The notes under the pieces are model-generated. The model was given only the letters and a program-made list of their open reading frames with translations. It did no database searches and was not told the origin of the DNA. This document shows, piece by piece, positions 7,123 through 16,075 of a DNA stretch of 61,516 nt. Numbering within the stretch: position 1 is the stretch's first letter; each line of letters opens with the position of its first letter. The stretch is taken from positions 1 through 61,516 of IMG/VR virus record IMGVR_UViG_3300027908_000008. The stretch is one strand, 5' to 3'. This DNA is from a virus. Both the position numbers and the translations under genes were made by a program.

Positions 7123-7435
7123 CCACTACTCCTTCGAGTACGCCGCGACGCACGCGACCAACCCGAACGCGCGCCGTATGCTGTTCCTCGAAGCTGCCCG
7201 TCACTGGCGCGGCTTGGCCCGCAACATGATGGACCTACAGCGCTCCTACGGGCGCGGTCGATTCGACGGTGTTGACGGGCGTATCGCTGCTCAAGCCCTC
7301 CACTTCGCCAAGATCGCCTTGGCGGCCATCTAGGAAAATCAACGGGGTGAGGTTGATTCCTCTTAAAGAGCCGAGACGAAAGCTCGGTCGCCCCTAACCC
7401 TCCCACCCCAGACCACAAGACGGAGAAGAGAAACA

Positions 7436-7642
7436 ATGCCTAAGATCGAAGATGACGGCGACTTGAAGGTTCGCCACTCGGCGCAGGAGCTGATCGGTGT
7501 CCGCATCGCCAAGATGGAACGCGACTCGCGCGACAACTGGCTGGTTTACGGGTTCGACGGCAGCGAGGGCCGGATCGCCATGGTCGCGATGATCAGGGCC
7601 GATGGGTTCTACGACTGCGACGGCAACTATTTCGGCGACTAG
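7436..7642 (+). CDS. Hypothetical protein (68 aa)
   Basis: Track ORF with GGAGAAGAG RBS upstream; first intact gene of the plus-strand early block. Confidence 0.5.
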   Translation: MPKIEDDGDLKVRHSAQELIGVRIAKMERDSRDNWLVYGFDGSEGRIAMVAMIRADGFYDCDGNYFGD

Positions 7643-7664
7643 CAGCACAGGAGAAAGGCCAACC

Positions 7665-7700
7665 GGCCGCAGCGACGCCCCCGACTACAACGCTGCGGCC
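7665..7700 (+). other. 10-bp perfect stem hairpin (ggccgcagcg / cgctgcggcc, 16-nt loop)
   Basis: Read directly in the intergenic gap before the pentapeptide gene; no U-tract. Confidence 0.3.
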
Positions 7701-7742
7701 CATTAGCCCTTCACCATCCCCGACCGGGGCAGAGGAAATGAG

Positions 7743-8471
7743 ATGACCAAGGCCAAGCCGCACACCGAGACGATTACGATCCAGAAGCGTTGGTCGTGGC
7801 TGACCGCGCTCAGCGTCGAGGTCGAATGCGATCCGACGCTCTCGCCACGCATCAAACTGGGGCTGGCGCTAAAGGTGGCCCACGAGGCCAAGCAAGGCCT
7901 GACGGGCGCGGACCTGAGGGACGCGGTCCTGAGGGACGCGGTCCTGACGGGCGCGGACCTGATGGACGCGGTCCTGAGGGGCGCGGACCTGACGGGCGCG
8001 GTCCTGAGGGACGCGGTCCTGACGGACGCGGTCCTGAGGGGCGCGGACCTGACGGGCGCGGACCTGACGGGCGCGGTCCTGAGGGGCGCGGACCTGAGGG
8101 GCGCGGACCTGACGGGCGCGGTCCTGAGGGGCGCGGACCTGAGGGGCGCGGACCTGACGGGCGCGGACCTGACGGGCGCGGTCCTGAGGGGCGCGGACCT
8201 GAGGGGCGAAAAAATCGAGCGCATCTTCGCCATCGCCGGCCGGCTCGACGGCTACACCTTCTACGGCATCCAACTGCGCACTGGCGGCGTCAAAATCTCC
8301 GCCGGATGCCGCTGGTACACCATCGAGCAATTCCGCGAGCACGTCGCCAAAAAATACCCAGACACCGACAAGGCGCGCGAGACGCTCGACATCATCGAGT
8401 TCATCGAGAAGCGGGCCGTTGGCCTTCCGGCGCCGGTTGTCGAAGCTGTCACCGAAACGGTTGCGTCGTGA
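7743..8471 (+). CDS. Pentapeptide-repeat protein with a C-terminal non-repeat domain
   Basis: 20 consecutive units [20 protein letters not shown] etc. (A[DV]Lxx); GAGGAAATGAG RBS. Confidence 0.85.
   Translation: MTKAKPHTETITIQKRWSWLTALSVEVECDPTLSPRIKLGLALKVAHEAKQGLTGADLRDAVLRDAVLTGADLMDAVLRGADLTGAVLRDAVLTDAVLRGADLTGADLTGAVLRGADLRGADLTGAVLRGADLRGADLTGADLTGAVLRGADLRGEKIERIFAIAGRLDGYTFYGIQLRTGGVKISAGCRWYTIEQFREHVAKKYPDTDKARETLDIIEFIEKRAVGLPAPVVEAVTETVAS
7905..8204 (+). repeat. Tandem 15-nt coding repeats (20 units) inside the pentapeptide gene
   Basis: ggcgcggacctgacg / ggcgcggtcctgagg / gacgcggtcctgagg variants in an uninterrupted array. Confidence 0.9.
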
Positions 8472-8650
8472 GCGCGTCCAGCTTCCACACCAACGCTGAA
8501 TCCTGGTGCGCCAGCGGCATAGCCGCCCTCCTTGTCCGCTGCTTCTCCGACACCCAGCGCCGTCACGACGAAGCCCTTCGGATCGCCGAGGACTGCCTGC
8601 GGTGGTCGGAGCGGGCGCAGCGGTTTAGCAAGATCGGAGGGGCGACGTGA
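8468..8650 (+). CDS. Hypothetical protein (60 aa)
   Basis: GTG 8468 overlapping the upstream TGA (GTGA); in frame with the tail of track ORF 7790..8650. Confidence 0.4.
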   Translation: MSASSFHTNAESWCASGIAALLVRCFSDTQRRHDEALRIAEDCLRWSERAQRFSKIGGAT

Positions 8651-9009
8651 GCAACCTGCGCAGCCCATGGTCCTTGAGTGGCGCCTTCATTGTGAATGAC
8701 GATGGGGACGCACTGGCGACTATCAAGTTGCATGGCTCCCAAGACCATCCGCGCAATCCGAATTGGAAGATTGACGCCCTTACCGACGAAGATCGCCAAG
8801 TCGGGTTGTTGATCGCTGCTGCACCCGATCTTTACGAGGCGCTTAAGCTCTTCGCCTCGCCCAGTATGAGCGAGAGTCGCCCATCGCGCGGAGAATCGTC
8901 CATCGGCTGGCAACGCGACGACGGTCTACTAGCTAGCCAGCGCGTGAAGATCGCTAAGGCCGCCCTCGCCAAGGCCACCGGCCCGACCAGCGGAGGGGGA
9001 GCGGAATGA
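8647..9009 (+). CDS. Hypothetical protein
   Basis: Track ORF; GTGA coupling to the upstream gene and ATGA to the downstream gene. Confidence 0.45.
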   Translation: MSNLRSPWSLSGAFIVNDDGDALATIKLHGSQDHPRNPNWKIDALTDEDRQVGLLIAAAPDLYEALKLFASPSMSESRPSRGESSIGWQRDDGLLASQRVKIAKAALAKATGPTSGGGAE

Positions 9010-9320
9010 ACGAGCAATGGGTAATACGCAAGGGATGGGGATTGAGCGCGGACGGCGCGCTTGTCGTCAAAGAGACAGCAAAGACGCTGCAGGTCAAAGA
9101 GCTGTGGGGAGATAAACTTTCGGGTCGTATCTCGCGCTGGCCAATCAAAGATGTCATCGCTCGGTACTCGACACGAGAAGAGATGGCCGCTGCGGCAGTG
9201 CGAGCGGATACCGCAAAGCGCGCCCTAGCGGATCGAGTCGAGTTGGCGATCAAGGAAAGAGAAGCTGCTATCACTGCGCAGCGCGAGGCTTGGACAGCCG
9301 CTTGGGAGCCAAGCAGATGA
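9006..9320 (+). CDS. Hypothetical protein
   Basis: Track ORF; ATGA overlaps at both ends. Confidence 0.5.
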   Translation: MNEQWVIRKGWGLSADGALVVKETAKTLQVKELWGDKLSGRISRWPIKDVIARYSTREEMAAAAVRADTAKRALADRVELAIKEREAAITAQREAWTAAWEPSR

Positions 9321-9625
9321 CCCTGCACCTTGCCACCCAAGACGGCGTTCCCATCCGCCTATACGCCAACAGCGCGGGCGAAATCCTGGCCGCTGACGGC
9401 CGGCGAGTCGATTGGGATGACGTATCAGACCTGATCGTCGCGAACGCCTCACAGGCCCTCCAGCTCGCCGCGCACGGCCGCCTGGTCACGGCCAAGCGGT
9501 TCGCCCGCGACGCGCTCGACCTACACGATGCTTGGGTCGCCGCGAAAGCCTGGCGCTCAGCATCTCAGCCAACAGCCCTCGACCGTGCGAGCGATTCCAC
9601 CAAGGAGGACCACGATGCCGTTTGA
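9317..9625 (+). CDS. Hypothetical protein
   Basis: ATG 9317 (ATGA overlap) within track ORF 9290..9625. Confidence 0.5.
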   Translation: MTLHLATQDGVPIRLYANSAGEILAADGRRVDWDDVSDLIVANASQALQLAAHGRLVTAKRFARDALDLHDAWVAAKAWRSASQPTALDRASDSTKEDHDAV

Positions 9626-10034
9626 CGCCGCGCCACCCGCCGAAGTCACCGCACGAGACCGGGTGATCCGGCTGCGGGATTTTCTCGACGCGCTTCCCGA
9701 CGAGCGGTTCGATATGGACGACTATCTCGTCTGGAATAAGTGCGACGGGCCTTCGCGGTATAACATGCCTATCGGAAAGGCCGTGAACATCTGCGGCACG
9801 GCCGCGTGCATTGCGGGATGGGCGCAAGCGTTGTTCGATCCCGACACTCCCCAAGACGAAGACATCGCCGCGAGACTGCTTGGGTTGAATTCAACCCAGG
9901 CCAGTGCGCTCTTTATCCCAGACAGTCGCGGCGTGCTGACTCGCGCCCAAGCCGTTGCTACGCTCGACCACTACCTCGCAACCGGCGAGATCGATTGGGC
10001 GAAGGCTGACGAAGCGGGGAGGGGGAAGACGTGA
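9615..10034 (+). CDS. Hypothetical protein
   Basis: ATG 9615 preceded by AAGGAGG; within track ORF 9528..10034. Confidence 0.55.
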   Translation: MPFDAAPPAEVTARDRVIRLRDFLDALPDERFDMDDYLVWNKCDGPSRYNMPIGKAVNICGTAACIAGWAQALFDPDTPQDEDIAARLLGLNSTQASALFIPDSRGVLTRAQAVATLDHYLATGEIDWAKADEAGRGKT

Positions 10035-10609
10035 GCGACGCGCCCGAGGCGTTCCCGCTGTCATGGCCTCTAGGCAAGCCGCGCACGCCTTGGCAGAAGC
10101 GCGATAAGGGGTCGTTCTCGGGAACGCGCGCCGAGACCATTGCGCGACTCCAACGGCAAGTCGAGTTGCTTGGCGGGCGCTGGCTCGTCATCTCGTCAGA
10201 CCTTCAGCTACGCAAGGACGGCCAGCCGCATGCAGGTCGCGCCGAACCCAGCGATCCCGGCATTTGCGCCTACTTCGAGATGAAGGGAAAGCCCTACGCA
10301 ATGGCCTGTGACCGCTATCAGACACTGGCCCAAAACGCAGCGGCAATCGCCAACCACATCGACGCGACGCGCCGAATCGAGCGCTATGGCGTAGCCACGG
10401 CTGCTGAGAGCCTACAGGCGTTTATCGCGCTACCCGCACCGAAACGTGCTCACGAAATCCTCGGCGTGGCACCCAGCGCGTCGCCTGACGAAGTGAGGCG
10501 GGCGTGGAGAGCTAAGATTGCAGACGCACATCCCGACAAGACCGGTACGCACGCAGCGGCTGCTGAAGTCAACGCCGCGCGTGATGAGATGTTGAGGGCG
10601 CTATCATGA
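10031..10609 (+). CDS. J-domain (DnaJ-like) protein
   Basis: C-terminal HEILGVAPSASPDEVRRAWRAKIADAHPDKTG with the HPD tripeptide. Confidence 0.75.
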   Translation: MSDAPEAFPLSWPLGKPRTPWQKRDKGSFSGTRAETIARLQRQVELLGGRWLVISSDLQLRKDGQPHAGRAEPSDPGICAYFEMKGKPYAMACDRYQTLAQNAAAIANHIDATRRIERYGVATAAESLQAFIALPAPKRAHEILGVAPSASPDEVRRAWRAKIADAHPDKTGTHAAAAEVNAARDEMLRALS

Positions 10610-10779
10610 GCACGGCCACAGGCTGGCGTTGCGGCCAAACCTTCCGCCGCAGGGCCACCGAAGCGCCCCTGCCGATCTCGGCTGGAGAGGTGTTCTACGC
10701 ACCGAGGCAGCCAGCTTGGCCGAAGTGGGCCATCGCCCTGGCGGTCGTGGCGCTGATTGTCGGGTTGTGGCCACGATGA
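10606..10779 (+). CDS. Small membrane protein (57 aa)
   Basis: Below the track cutoff; ATGA overlap with the upstream gene; hand translation ends ...WPKWAIALAVVALIVGLWPR. Confidence 0.35.
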   Translation: MSTATGWRCGQTFRRRATEAPLPISAGEVFYAPRQPAWPKWAIALAVVALIVGLWPR

Positions 10780-10804
10780 TGACTTACCCCGAGGTGAAAA
10801 CGAC

Positions 10805-11329
10805 ATGAATAGCCCCCGCTTCTACAGCTCGCTTGGCGATGTGCCGCACTTGCGCGGCGCCATCTCGCCGAACAGGTCACGGCGCATCTATGTCGCCTCC
10901 TCTTGGCGTAACGCGAACCAGCCGATGATTGTCGAGACCCTCCGCGCCTACGGTCATGAGGTCTACGACTTCAAGAACCCAGCGCCAGGGCAGAAGGGTT
11001 TCGGCTGGCGAGACTGCGGCGGCGCCGCAGCCGAGGACGGTCCCGGCAAGGGAGCGATGACGATCGCCAGCTACGTCGAGGCGATCCAGTCAAACCGCGC
11101 TAAGGAGGGCTTTGCCTTCGACATTGACGCTCTTGATTGGGCCGACACTTGCGTCATGGTCCTTCCGTGCGGTCGATCCGCACACCTCGAAGCTGGTTAC
11201 GCCTGCGGCCAGGGTAAACACGTCATCTGGGTTCTGAGCGATGACCGCTGGGAGCCCGAACTTATGTACCTCATGGGCCATGACTTCGTGGTTCCTTCCC
11301 GCCCCGAGGTCCGCCATGGAACCGACTGA
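10805..11329 (+). CDS. Nucleoside 2-deoxyribosyltransferase-like protein
   Basis: IYVASSWRN ... ADTCVMVLPCGRSAHLEAGYACGQGKHVIWV resembles the NDT/Rcl-type fold; ATG 10805 after GAGGTGAAAA. Confidence 0.5.
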   Translation: MNSPRFYSSLGDVPHLRGAISPNRSRRIYVASSWRNANQPMIVETLRAYGHEVYDFKNPAPGQKGFGWRDCGGAAAEDGPGKGAMTIASYVEAIQSNRAKEGFAFDIDALDWADTCVMVLPCGRSAHLEAGYACGQGKHVIWVLSDDRWEPELMYLMGHDFVVPSRPEVRHGTD

Positions 11330-11654
11330 CGCCCCGCACCGCGTCCAACTCAAGCGCACACGTGGCTGGAGGATGCCCCCAAATACAGTCAAGATCGACC
11401 GCTCGACGCGCTGGGGCAATCCGTTCTCGCGTCAGATGCTGGAGGCGCGCGGCGATCATGGCTGCCGTTTGTGTCAGGTGGTCACGTTCGAATATTCGCT
11501 AACCGAGCATGCGCGCACTCTGATCCGTGAGAGCCTCGCCGGCAAGAACGTAGCCTGCTGGTGTGCGTTGGACCAGATGTGCCACGGCGACATTCTGCTG
11601 GCCATCGCGAACGGCCACGAGCCGTACTTACCTTCGGAGCTGGCCCATGGCTGA
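11316..11654 (+). CDS. DUF4326 domain protein
   Basis: VKIDRSTRWGNPF ... LAGKNVACWCALDQMCHGDILL matches the DUF4326 pattern. Confidence 0.65.
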   Translation: MEPTDAPHRVQLKRTRGWRMPPNTVKIDRSTRWGNPFSRQMLEARGDHGCRLCQVVTFEYSLTEHARTLIRESLAGKNVACWCALDQMCHGDILLAIANGHEPYLPSELAHG

Positions 11655-12021
11655 CCCCCTCTCCGCTCTCCGAGCCACCGTCTCTGCGATGACGCCGGGG
11701 CCTTGGGAAGCGCACCGGAACCGTTTCGATACGCAACATATGCTCTACGAGGCCGGTGTTGCGGTCCCGCTCGGCGCGCTAGACTCCTACGACACGAACG
11801 GCCCTGGACCAACGAAGCGCCAGCGCGAAGCCAACGCCACCGGCATCGTCTCCGCCGTCGCTATCGCCCGCTTTGTGGCTGACCCAGAAAGCCTCGACAA
11901 GCTGGCGACCGATGTCTGGGACTGGCTCGGGAACAACTACATTGACCGGGAGTCGCCCGAAGACATCCGCGAGCTGATTGCCCTAGTTTTCACCCGCATC
12001 GCGAGAGCCGCCAATGCCTAG
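11647..12021 (+). CDS. Hypothetical protein
   Basis: ATG 11647 overlapping the upstream stop; within track ORF 11563..12021. Confidence 0.45.
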   Translation: MADPLSALRATVSAMTPGPWEAHRNRFDTQHMLYEAGVAVPLGALDSYDTNGPGPTKRQREANATGIVSAVAIARFVADPESLDKLATDVWDWLGNNYIDRESPEDIRELIALVFTRIARAANA

Positions 12022-12154
12022 TAACAACGAGATAATCGTCATTCTACTTGCTGGCCTTCTCCTTGAAGTCTGGGCCGCTGTCTGCATGATCGGCTGGGCC
12101 ATTTTCATCGCCAGAGATGCAATTGTCCGCGAAATCAGGGAGCGCCGCCCATGA
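12014..12154 (+). CDS. Small membrane protein (46 aa)
   Basis: Hand translation MPSNNEIIVILLAGLLLEVWAAVCMIGWAIFIARDAIVREIRERRP; ATGA overlap with the next gene; weak GC3. Confidence 0.3.
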   Translation: MPSNNEIIVILLAGLLLEVWAAVCMIGWAIFIARDAIVREIRERRP

Positions 12155-13014
12155 CCATCCACCCCCACAGCACAGAGGCGCTTGTGGCGGAGTGGCGCGA
12201 GATCAGCCCGCTTGCGCTCATCGATGCGGACGCGGGTCACATCAATGTAGGATTGCTCCGCCAACTAGTAAGGCTCACTGAGCGCCTCGCCAACGCTCTC
12301 GAAACCCCCTCCCGCGAGTCAGAAGCGAGAGCGCACATCTATTGCCCCGACGAGTTGGCCGAAACGGTCTGGAACGGCTCGCTGCCGCAGGTCGCGCAGG
12401 ACGTGGACGACACGCTGCGCACTTGGGGAGCCGGTGCGCTAGGCGCACTTGCTGACGATCTTGAGCGCGCCCTCGCCCCCCCCCCTGGAGGGGCGACTGA
12501 TCCCGTGCAAGACGCAGAGCCAGAAGGGCCGTCACTGACGGAAGCCGCGTATGGCCGAACAGGAGGCGCACATCCTCCGACGGGAGCCATCACAGAGATC
12601 GCTCGAATCATCGCACCTAGCGCCTTCTATCGGAAGCATAAGGGGCGACTATCGGGTGACGTGAACCCGGCGGATCGCGCGAAGAACAGGGAACGCGCCC
12701 TCGCCAAAGCCCGCGCCGTCCTCGCCCTCTATCCTGCCTCCCCGCCTGGAGGGGTGGGGGAAGGGCCGGACGATCTTACGACGCCGATGGAGCCGAACGC
12801 CTTGTACCTTTTCGAGGCCGATATCGTCAGCTTCCAGACAAAGGATGTCGTCACGGTCGCTCGCCGACGCGGCGAGCGGTTCGATGTGCTACTGAGCATG
12901 GACCGCACCGAAGTCGTTGGCTTTCAAGTGTGGGGCGCGAGAACATTCGGCGAATGGCTGCTGAACCAAAATCCCACCCCAGCCCCACCCCTCGGGGGAG
13001 GAAAAGGCCGATGA
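12151..13014 (+). CDS. Hypothetical protein (287 aa)
   Basis: Track ORF in operon context. Confidence 0.5.
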   Translation: MTIHPHSTEALVAEWREISPLALIDADAGHINVGLLRQLVRLTERLANALETPSRESEARAHIYCPDELAETVWNGSLPQVAQDVDDTLRTWGAGALGALADDLERALAPPPGGATDPVQDAEPEGPSLTEAAYGRTGGAHPPTGAITEIARIIAPSAFYRKHKGRLSGDVNPADRAKNRERALAKARAVLALYPASPPGGVGEGPDDLTTPMEPNALYLFEADIVSFQTKDVVTVARRRGERFDVLLSMDRTEVVGFQVWGARTFGEWLLNQNPTPAPPLGGGKGR

Positions 13015-13301
13015 TGCAAGTTCTTCCCGATCCAGGGCCGCTGTCACCGCACGAGTTGCTCAAGCTGACGCCGAAAGAGGCCGCCATGCTTGAAGCGCTA
13101 CGAGGGCTATTTGAGGCCATCGAAGTCACATCCCAAGCTGGGCCTGCGATTAAGGTCACGCTGCTGACGGACCATGCCTTCAAGGATTCTGCGGTCGTGC
13201 CGAGCGCGATCATCCGGGAGGCCAACCACCATTATTTCCTAACAGCCAAGGGCCTCTACCTCAAGCTCAGAAATCGCCACGCAGAGGAAGGCCGCCCATG
13301 A
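13011..13301 (+). CDS. Hypothetical protein
   Basis: ATG 13011 (ATGA overlap) within track ORF 12930..13301. Confidence 0.45.
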   Translation: MMQVLPDPGPLSPHELLKLTPKEAAMLEALRGLFEAIEVTSQAGPAIKVTLLTDHAFKDSAVVPSAIIREANHHYFLTAKGLYLKLRNRHAEEGRP

Positions 13302-13765
13302 CCCCCCACTCCAACCCCGACCTGAGAGAAGCCGCAGAGGCGCTGAGACTCGCGCTGCCAATTGTTCAGCACGAATACGACCAGCTTGTGAACAGCTACG
13401 GCAATGGTAACATCGAAGAGATCGAAGAGCGCTTTGCCTATAACGAGGCGGTAGAGGCGCGCACGGCACTCGCAGCGATTAAACAGGCGCTTGCCCTCAC
13501 CGCCAGCGCCTCCGGCGGCGAGCCGCGTATTCTCGGCGTCGATATCGGCCAGCGCCACGGCGACCGAAGCACGCGCACCTGGGGCAGCGTTGACGAAACC
13601 GGCCGCGTGACCATTGATCGAGTCGAAGAGTTCAACCCCTCCGCCCCCACCTACAACGTCTCCCGCCTTGAGTTCGACCAGTGGGTAGGGGAGACGAAGG
13701 TGCTGCGGGCGTGGGTGGAGGAGGTGCGGAAGGTGGTGGGGCTGGACCTGAGGGACGGGGAATGA
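13298..13765 (+). CDS. Hypothetical protein
   Basis: Track ORF; ATGA overlaps at both ends. Confidence 0.5.
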   Translation: MTPHSNPDLREAAEALRLALPIVQHEYDQLVNSYGNGNIEEIEERFAYNEAVEARTALAAIKQALALTASASGGEPRILGVDIGQRHGDRSTRTWGSVDETGRVTIDRVEEFNPSAPTYNVSRLEFDQWVGETKVLRAWVEEVRKVVGLDLRDGE

Positions 13766-13974
13766 GGCTAAAGGCCGAGGCCCATGTATCGTTCGAGACC
13801 GTCGGTGGCGACCACTCCTCGTATCGGCTGCAAATAAAGCGGGCGCATAATCACGAAGACGACAAGTCATTAGGAGTCGAAATCGTGCTATACCATGATG
13901 AGCGCATTATTGGCAGGGCTCACGAACCCTTCGGACAATGGGCGAAGATGTTTCACATGATCTCCAATGCTTGA
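13762..13974 (+). CDS. Hypothetical protein (70 aa)
   Basis: ATG 13762 (ATGA overlap) within track ORF 13681..13974. Confidence 0.4.
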   Translation: MRLKAEAHVSFETVGGDHSSYRLQIKRAHNHEDDKSLGVEIVLYHDERIIGRAHEPFGQWAKMFHMISNA

Positions 13975-14422
13975 CTTTCCTTGCGATGACTGCGGGCAGC
14001 AGTTCGCGGGCGAACTGGTCTTGCCCCGCGCCGACTGGCTGCGCGTCAATCCACAAGACGGCGGCATCCTTTGCCCCTCCTGCATCTGTGCGCGGGTACG
14101 ACGCTTGTCCGACACGATCAACGTCACCGGTCGCATCACATCGTCCGACGACAGTTTCGAGGTTTATCGAGCCATGACCGACCAACTCCCCGGCGAACTG
14201 AGGGACGAAGAGGTTGAGGCGATGGCGAGGGCTATGGTCGAGCACATCTGGGAACCGAGCTTTCCGGTCGCGATGCATGAGTTGGAAGGCGACAATAGCG
14301 CTGGCTTGGATTTCATGCAGCTAGCTCGCGTGGCTTACGCCGCCCTCGCTGGCTACCGGGCTAGGGACGAGCAGGTTGAGGCGCTGGCCCCCGCCAAGCT
14401 CGGGATGGAGCCGTTGGGCTAG
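13967..14422 (+). CDS. Hypothetical protein with an N-terminal CxxC...CxxC pair
   Basis: Track ORF; FPCDDCGQ...LCPSCIC; last gene of the plus-strand block. Confidence 0.5.
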   Translation: MLDFPCDDCGQQFAGELVLPRADWLRVNPQDGGILCPSCICARVRRLSDTINVTGRITSSDDSFEVYRAMTDQLPGELRDEEVEAMARAMVEHIWEPSFPVAMHELEGDNSAGLDFMQLARVAYAALAGYRARDEQVEALAPAKLGMEPLG

Positions 14423-14676
14423 GCCGGAAGGCCGTAACTCTGCTCTTCGTGCTCGTCCATCCCGTTGACCAGAGAGCCTGGGTTGGCGAGTCCGAACATC
14501 TTGGCGACTTCGGTTGCCTGCGTGGCGTTCTCGAACTCACCAAGCGCGCGAACGCCGGCGCGACCGTCGCGATAGTCGTGCCATTCGGTCACGATGTAGC
14601 GGCGCACGCACTTGACGCGAAACTCTTTGACAACCGGCGCAGACAGGTCGATTTCGTCGCGATTGGAATAGGCCAT
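14419..14676 (-). CDS. Hypothetical protein (85 aa)
   Basis: ATG 14676 preceded by GAGGAGAC; within track ORF 14419..14751. Confidence 0.5.
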   Translation of the reverse strand: MAYSNRDEIDLSAPVVKEFRVKCVRRYIVTEWHDYRDGRAGVRALGEFENATQATEVAKMFGLANPGSLVNGMDEHEEQSYGLPA

Positions 14677-14779
14677 TGGTAGTCTCCTCGACGGCCTCAG
14701 CCGCCAGTTTGCCCGGGACCGCCGAGCGCGGTTTCTATCTGACCCCCGCACGAACAGCGGGCTCAGCAGGCGGGAGAGC

Positions 14780-15361
14780 CTAGCTGATCGAAACCGGAAC
14801 CGTCACGCTGGCCGGCGAGGGCGTCGCAGAGTCGGTCACGGTGATCTCGCCCATCTCGGCCGCTGCCGGCGTCCCACCCACGTCGCCCGTCGCACTGACG
14901 GTCACGTCGGCGAGCGAGCTGGCGAAGGTAAAGGGAGCCGTGCCGCCGGTCACGGCGAGCGTCTGGCTCAGTGTGGCTCCGACCGTGCCGGTGATCGAGG
15001 ACGGGCTAACGGCGAGGGGCGTAGCGACTGGCGGCGGGAACTGAGCGCTGAGCGGCGCGATGTCCGACGCTTGCTGGGCAGTCGCGGCGTCCAGAGCCGC
15101 CTGGTCGCTTTCGAGCTGTGCGGCCTGAGCGGCCTGGATGGCGGCGCTGTCACCTGCCGCAGCGGCGGCTGCGATGCGCTGAATTTCGGCTGAGTTGGCG
15201 TTTAGCTTCGTGAGATCGATAGAGGCCATTTCATAGTTCCTTGCGACAAGCGCGGTTGTGAGGTGGGCGAGAAGTTCCTGCTGTTCGTGCGCGAGCCGCT
15301 GGAGGTGATCGTGGTGTCCGAACATCAGGGCTGATAATGCGCCAGAAGCGCGAAAGATCAA
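14780..15361 (-). CDS. Hypothetical protein, Ala/Gln-rich coil plus a T/S-rich beta domain
   Basis: Track ORF; alternative starts at M13 (15325) or M45 (15229, after AAGGAAC). Confidence 0.5.
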   Translation of the reverse strand: MIFRASGALSALMFGHHDHLQRLAHEQQELLAHLTTALVARNYEMASIDLTKLNANSAEIQRIAAAAAAGDSAAIQAAQAAQLESDQAALDAATAQQASDIAPLSAQFPPPVATPLAVSPSSITGTVGATLSQTLAVTGGTAPFTFASSLADVTVSATGDVGGTPAAAEMGEITVTDSATPSPASVTVPVSIS

Positions 15362-15443
15362 TGACTACGCCACGCCCGGATTTCGCGCGTGATTGCGTCG
15401 GCGAGGTAGAGCGGCAAAATCAGCAGAAGGCGCAGGAGGAAGG

Positions 15444-15665
15444 TCACTCCGGCTCGTTGGACGCCGCTGGCTGCTTCCCGGTCAGCCACATCGCCAGCAT
15501 GATCTTGGCGTCCACCATATTGCCGGCGACGCTCTCATCAGCTTCCTGCTGGGTGATCTTGCCAGACTTCACCCATGGCGCGGCGAATCCGACCAAGAGC
15601 GGTCGCAGGAAATCCTGCTCGGCCGTGGACATGGCCGCCGCCGCGAGGTTGTCGAAGAGGCCCAT
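15444..15665 (-). CDS. Hypothetical protein
   Basis: Track ORF, operon context. Confidence 0.45.
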   Translation of the reverse strand: MGLFDNLAAAAMSTAEQDFLRPLLVGFAAPWVKSGKITQQEADESVAGNMVDAKIMLAMWLTGKQPAASNEPE

Positions 15666-15668
15666 GGC

Positions 15669-16073
15669 TCAGCCCACCAGCGGCAAGTTGACCTTGCCGA
15701 CCTTGGCAAGCGCCGCTGAGATCAGCGTCGTCACCGACGTTTGACCAAGCGAAAGCGCCTGCTTCTGCATTACGCCGGCTTCGGCTGACAGGGCGGCGTT
15801 GACGATGTTGGCCGCGCCGCTGACGGAAGTCACCGACCCGAGGCCGGCCACGGCCGTCAGGAACTGCGTCAGATCGGCCAAGCCGGCTTGCTCAGCCGCG
15901 CCGAGGATCGGCGAGAAGAGACTGACGACCGTCTGCTCTGCAACACTCAGGTCGCGGTTGTCGCCGGCTTGCGTGGCGGTGATCTGATCGGGGGTGAGAC
16001 CGACCGAAGCGCCGAAGCCGAGCGCGGCGGCGATCTTTTCGAGGACAGTTGGAACGCCATTGGCTGCTGACAT
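15669..16073 (-). CDS. Hypothetical protein
   Basis: Track ORF, operon context. Confidence 0.5.
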   Translation of the reverse strand: MSAANGVPTVLEKIAAALGFGASVGLTPDQITATQAGDNRDLSVAEQTVVSLFSPILGAAEQAGLADLTQFLTAVAGLGSVTSVSGAANIVNAALSAEAGVMQKQALSLGQTSVTTLISAALAKVGKVNLPLVG

Positions 16074-16075
16074 GG

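Larger units (their letters stand above)
6562..7333 (+). pseudogene. Small early gene (76 codons when restored) split after codon 6 by the mini-IS
   Basis: GGAGGAACGAG-ATG ACC GAT CCA TTC ACG AG | element | (TTCACGAG)C CAC TAC...TAG 7333; removing 6582..7122 restores one ORF, MTDPFTSHYSFEYAATHATNPNARRML... Confidence 0.6.

Noticed and set aside
6599-7333. 244-aa plus-strand ORF
   Set aside because: It reads antisense through the mini-IS and only becomes gene-like after 7115. It is better explained as read-through into the 3' part of the interrupted 76-codon gene.
7905-8204. The tandem 15-nt repeat array could be mistaken for a CRISPR-like or satellite array
   Set aside because: The units are contiguous with no spacers, stay in frame, and translate to a perfect pentapeptide-repeat protein within a 242-aa ORF that has an RBS.
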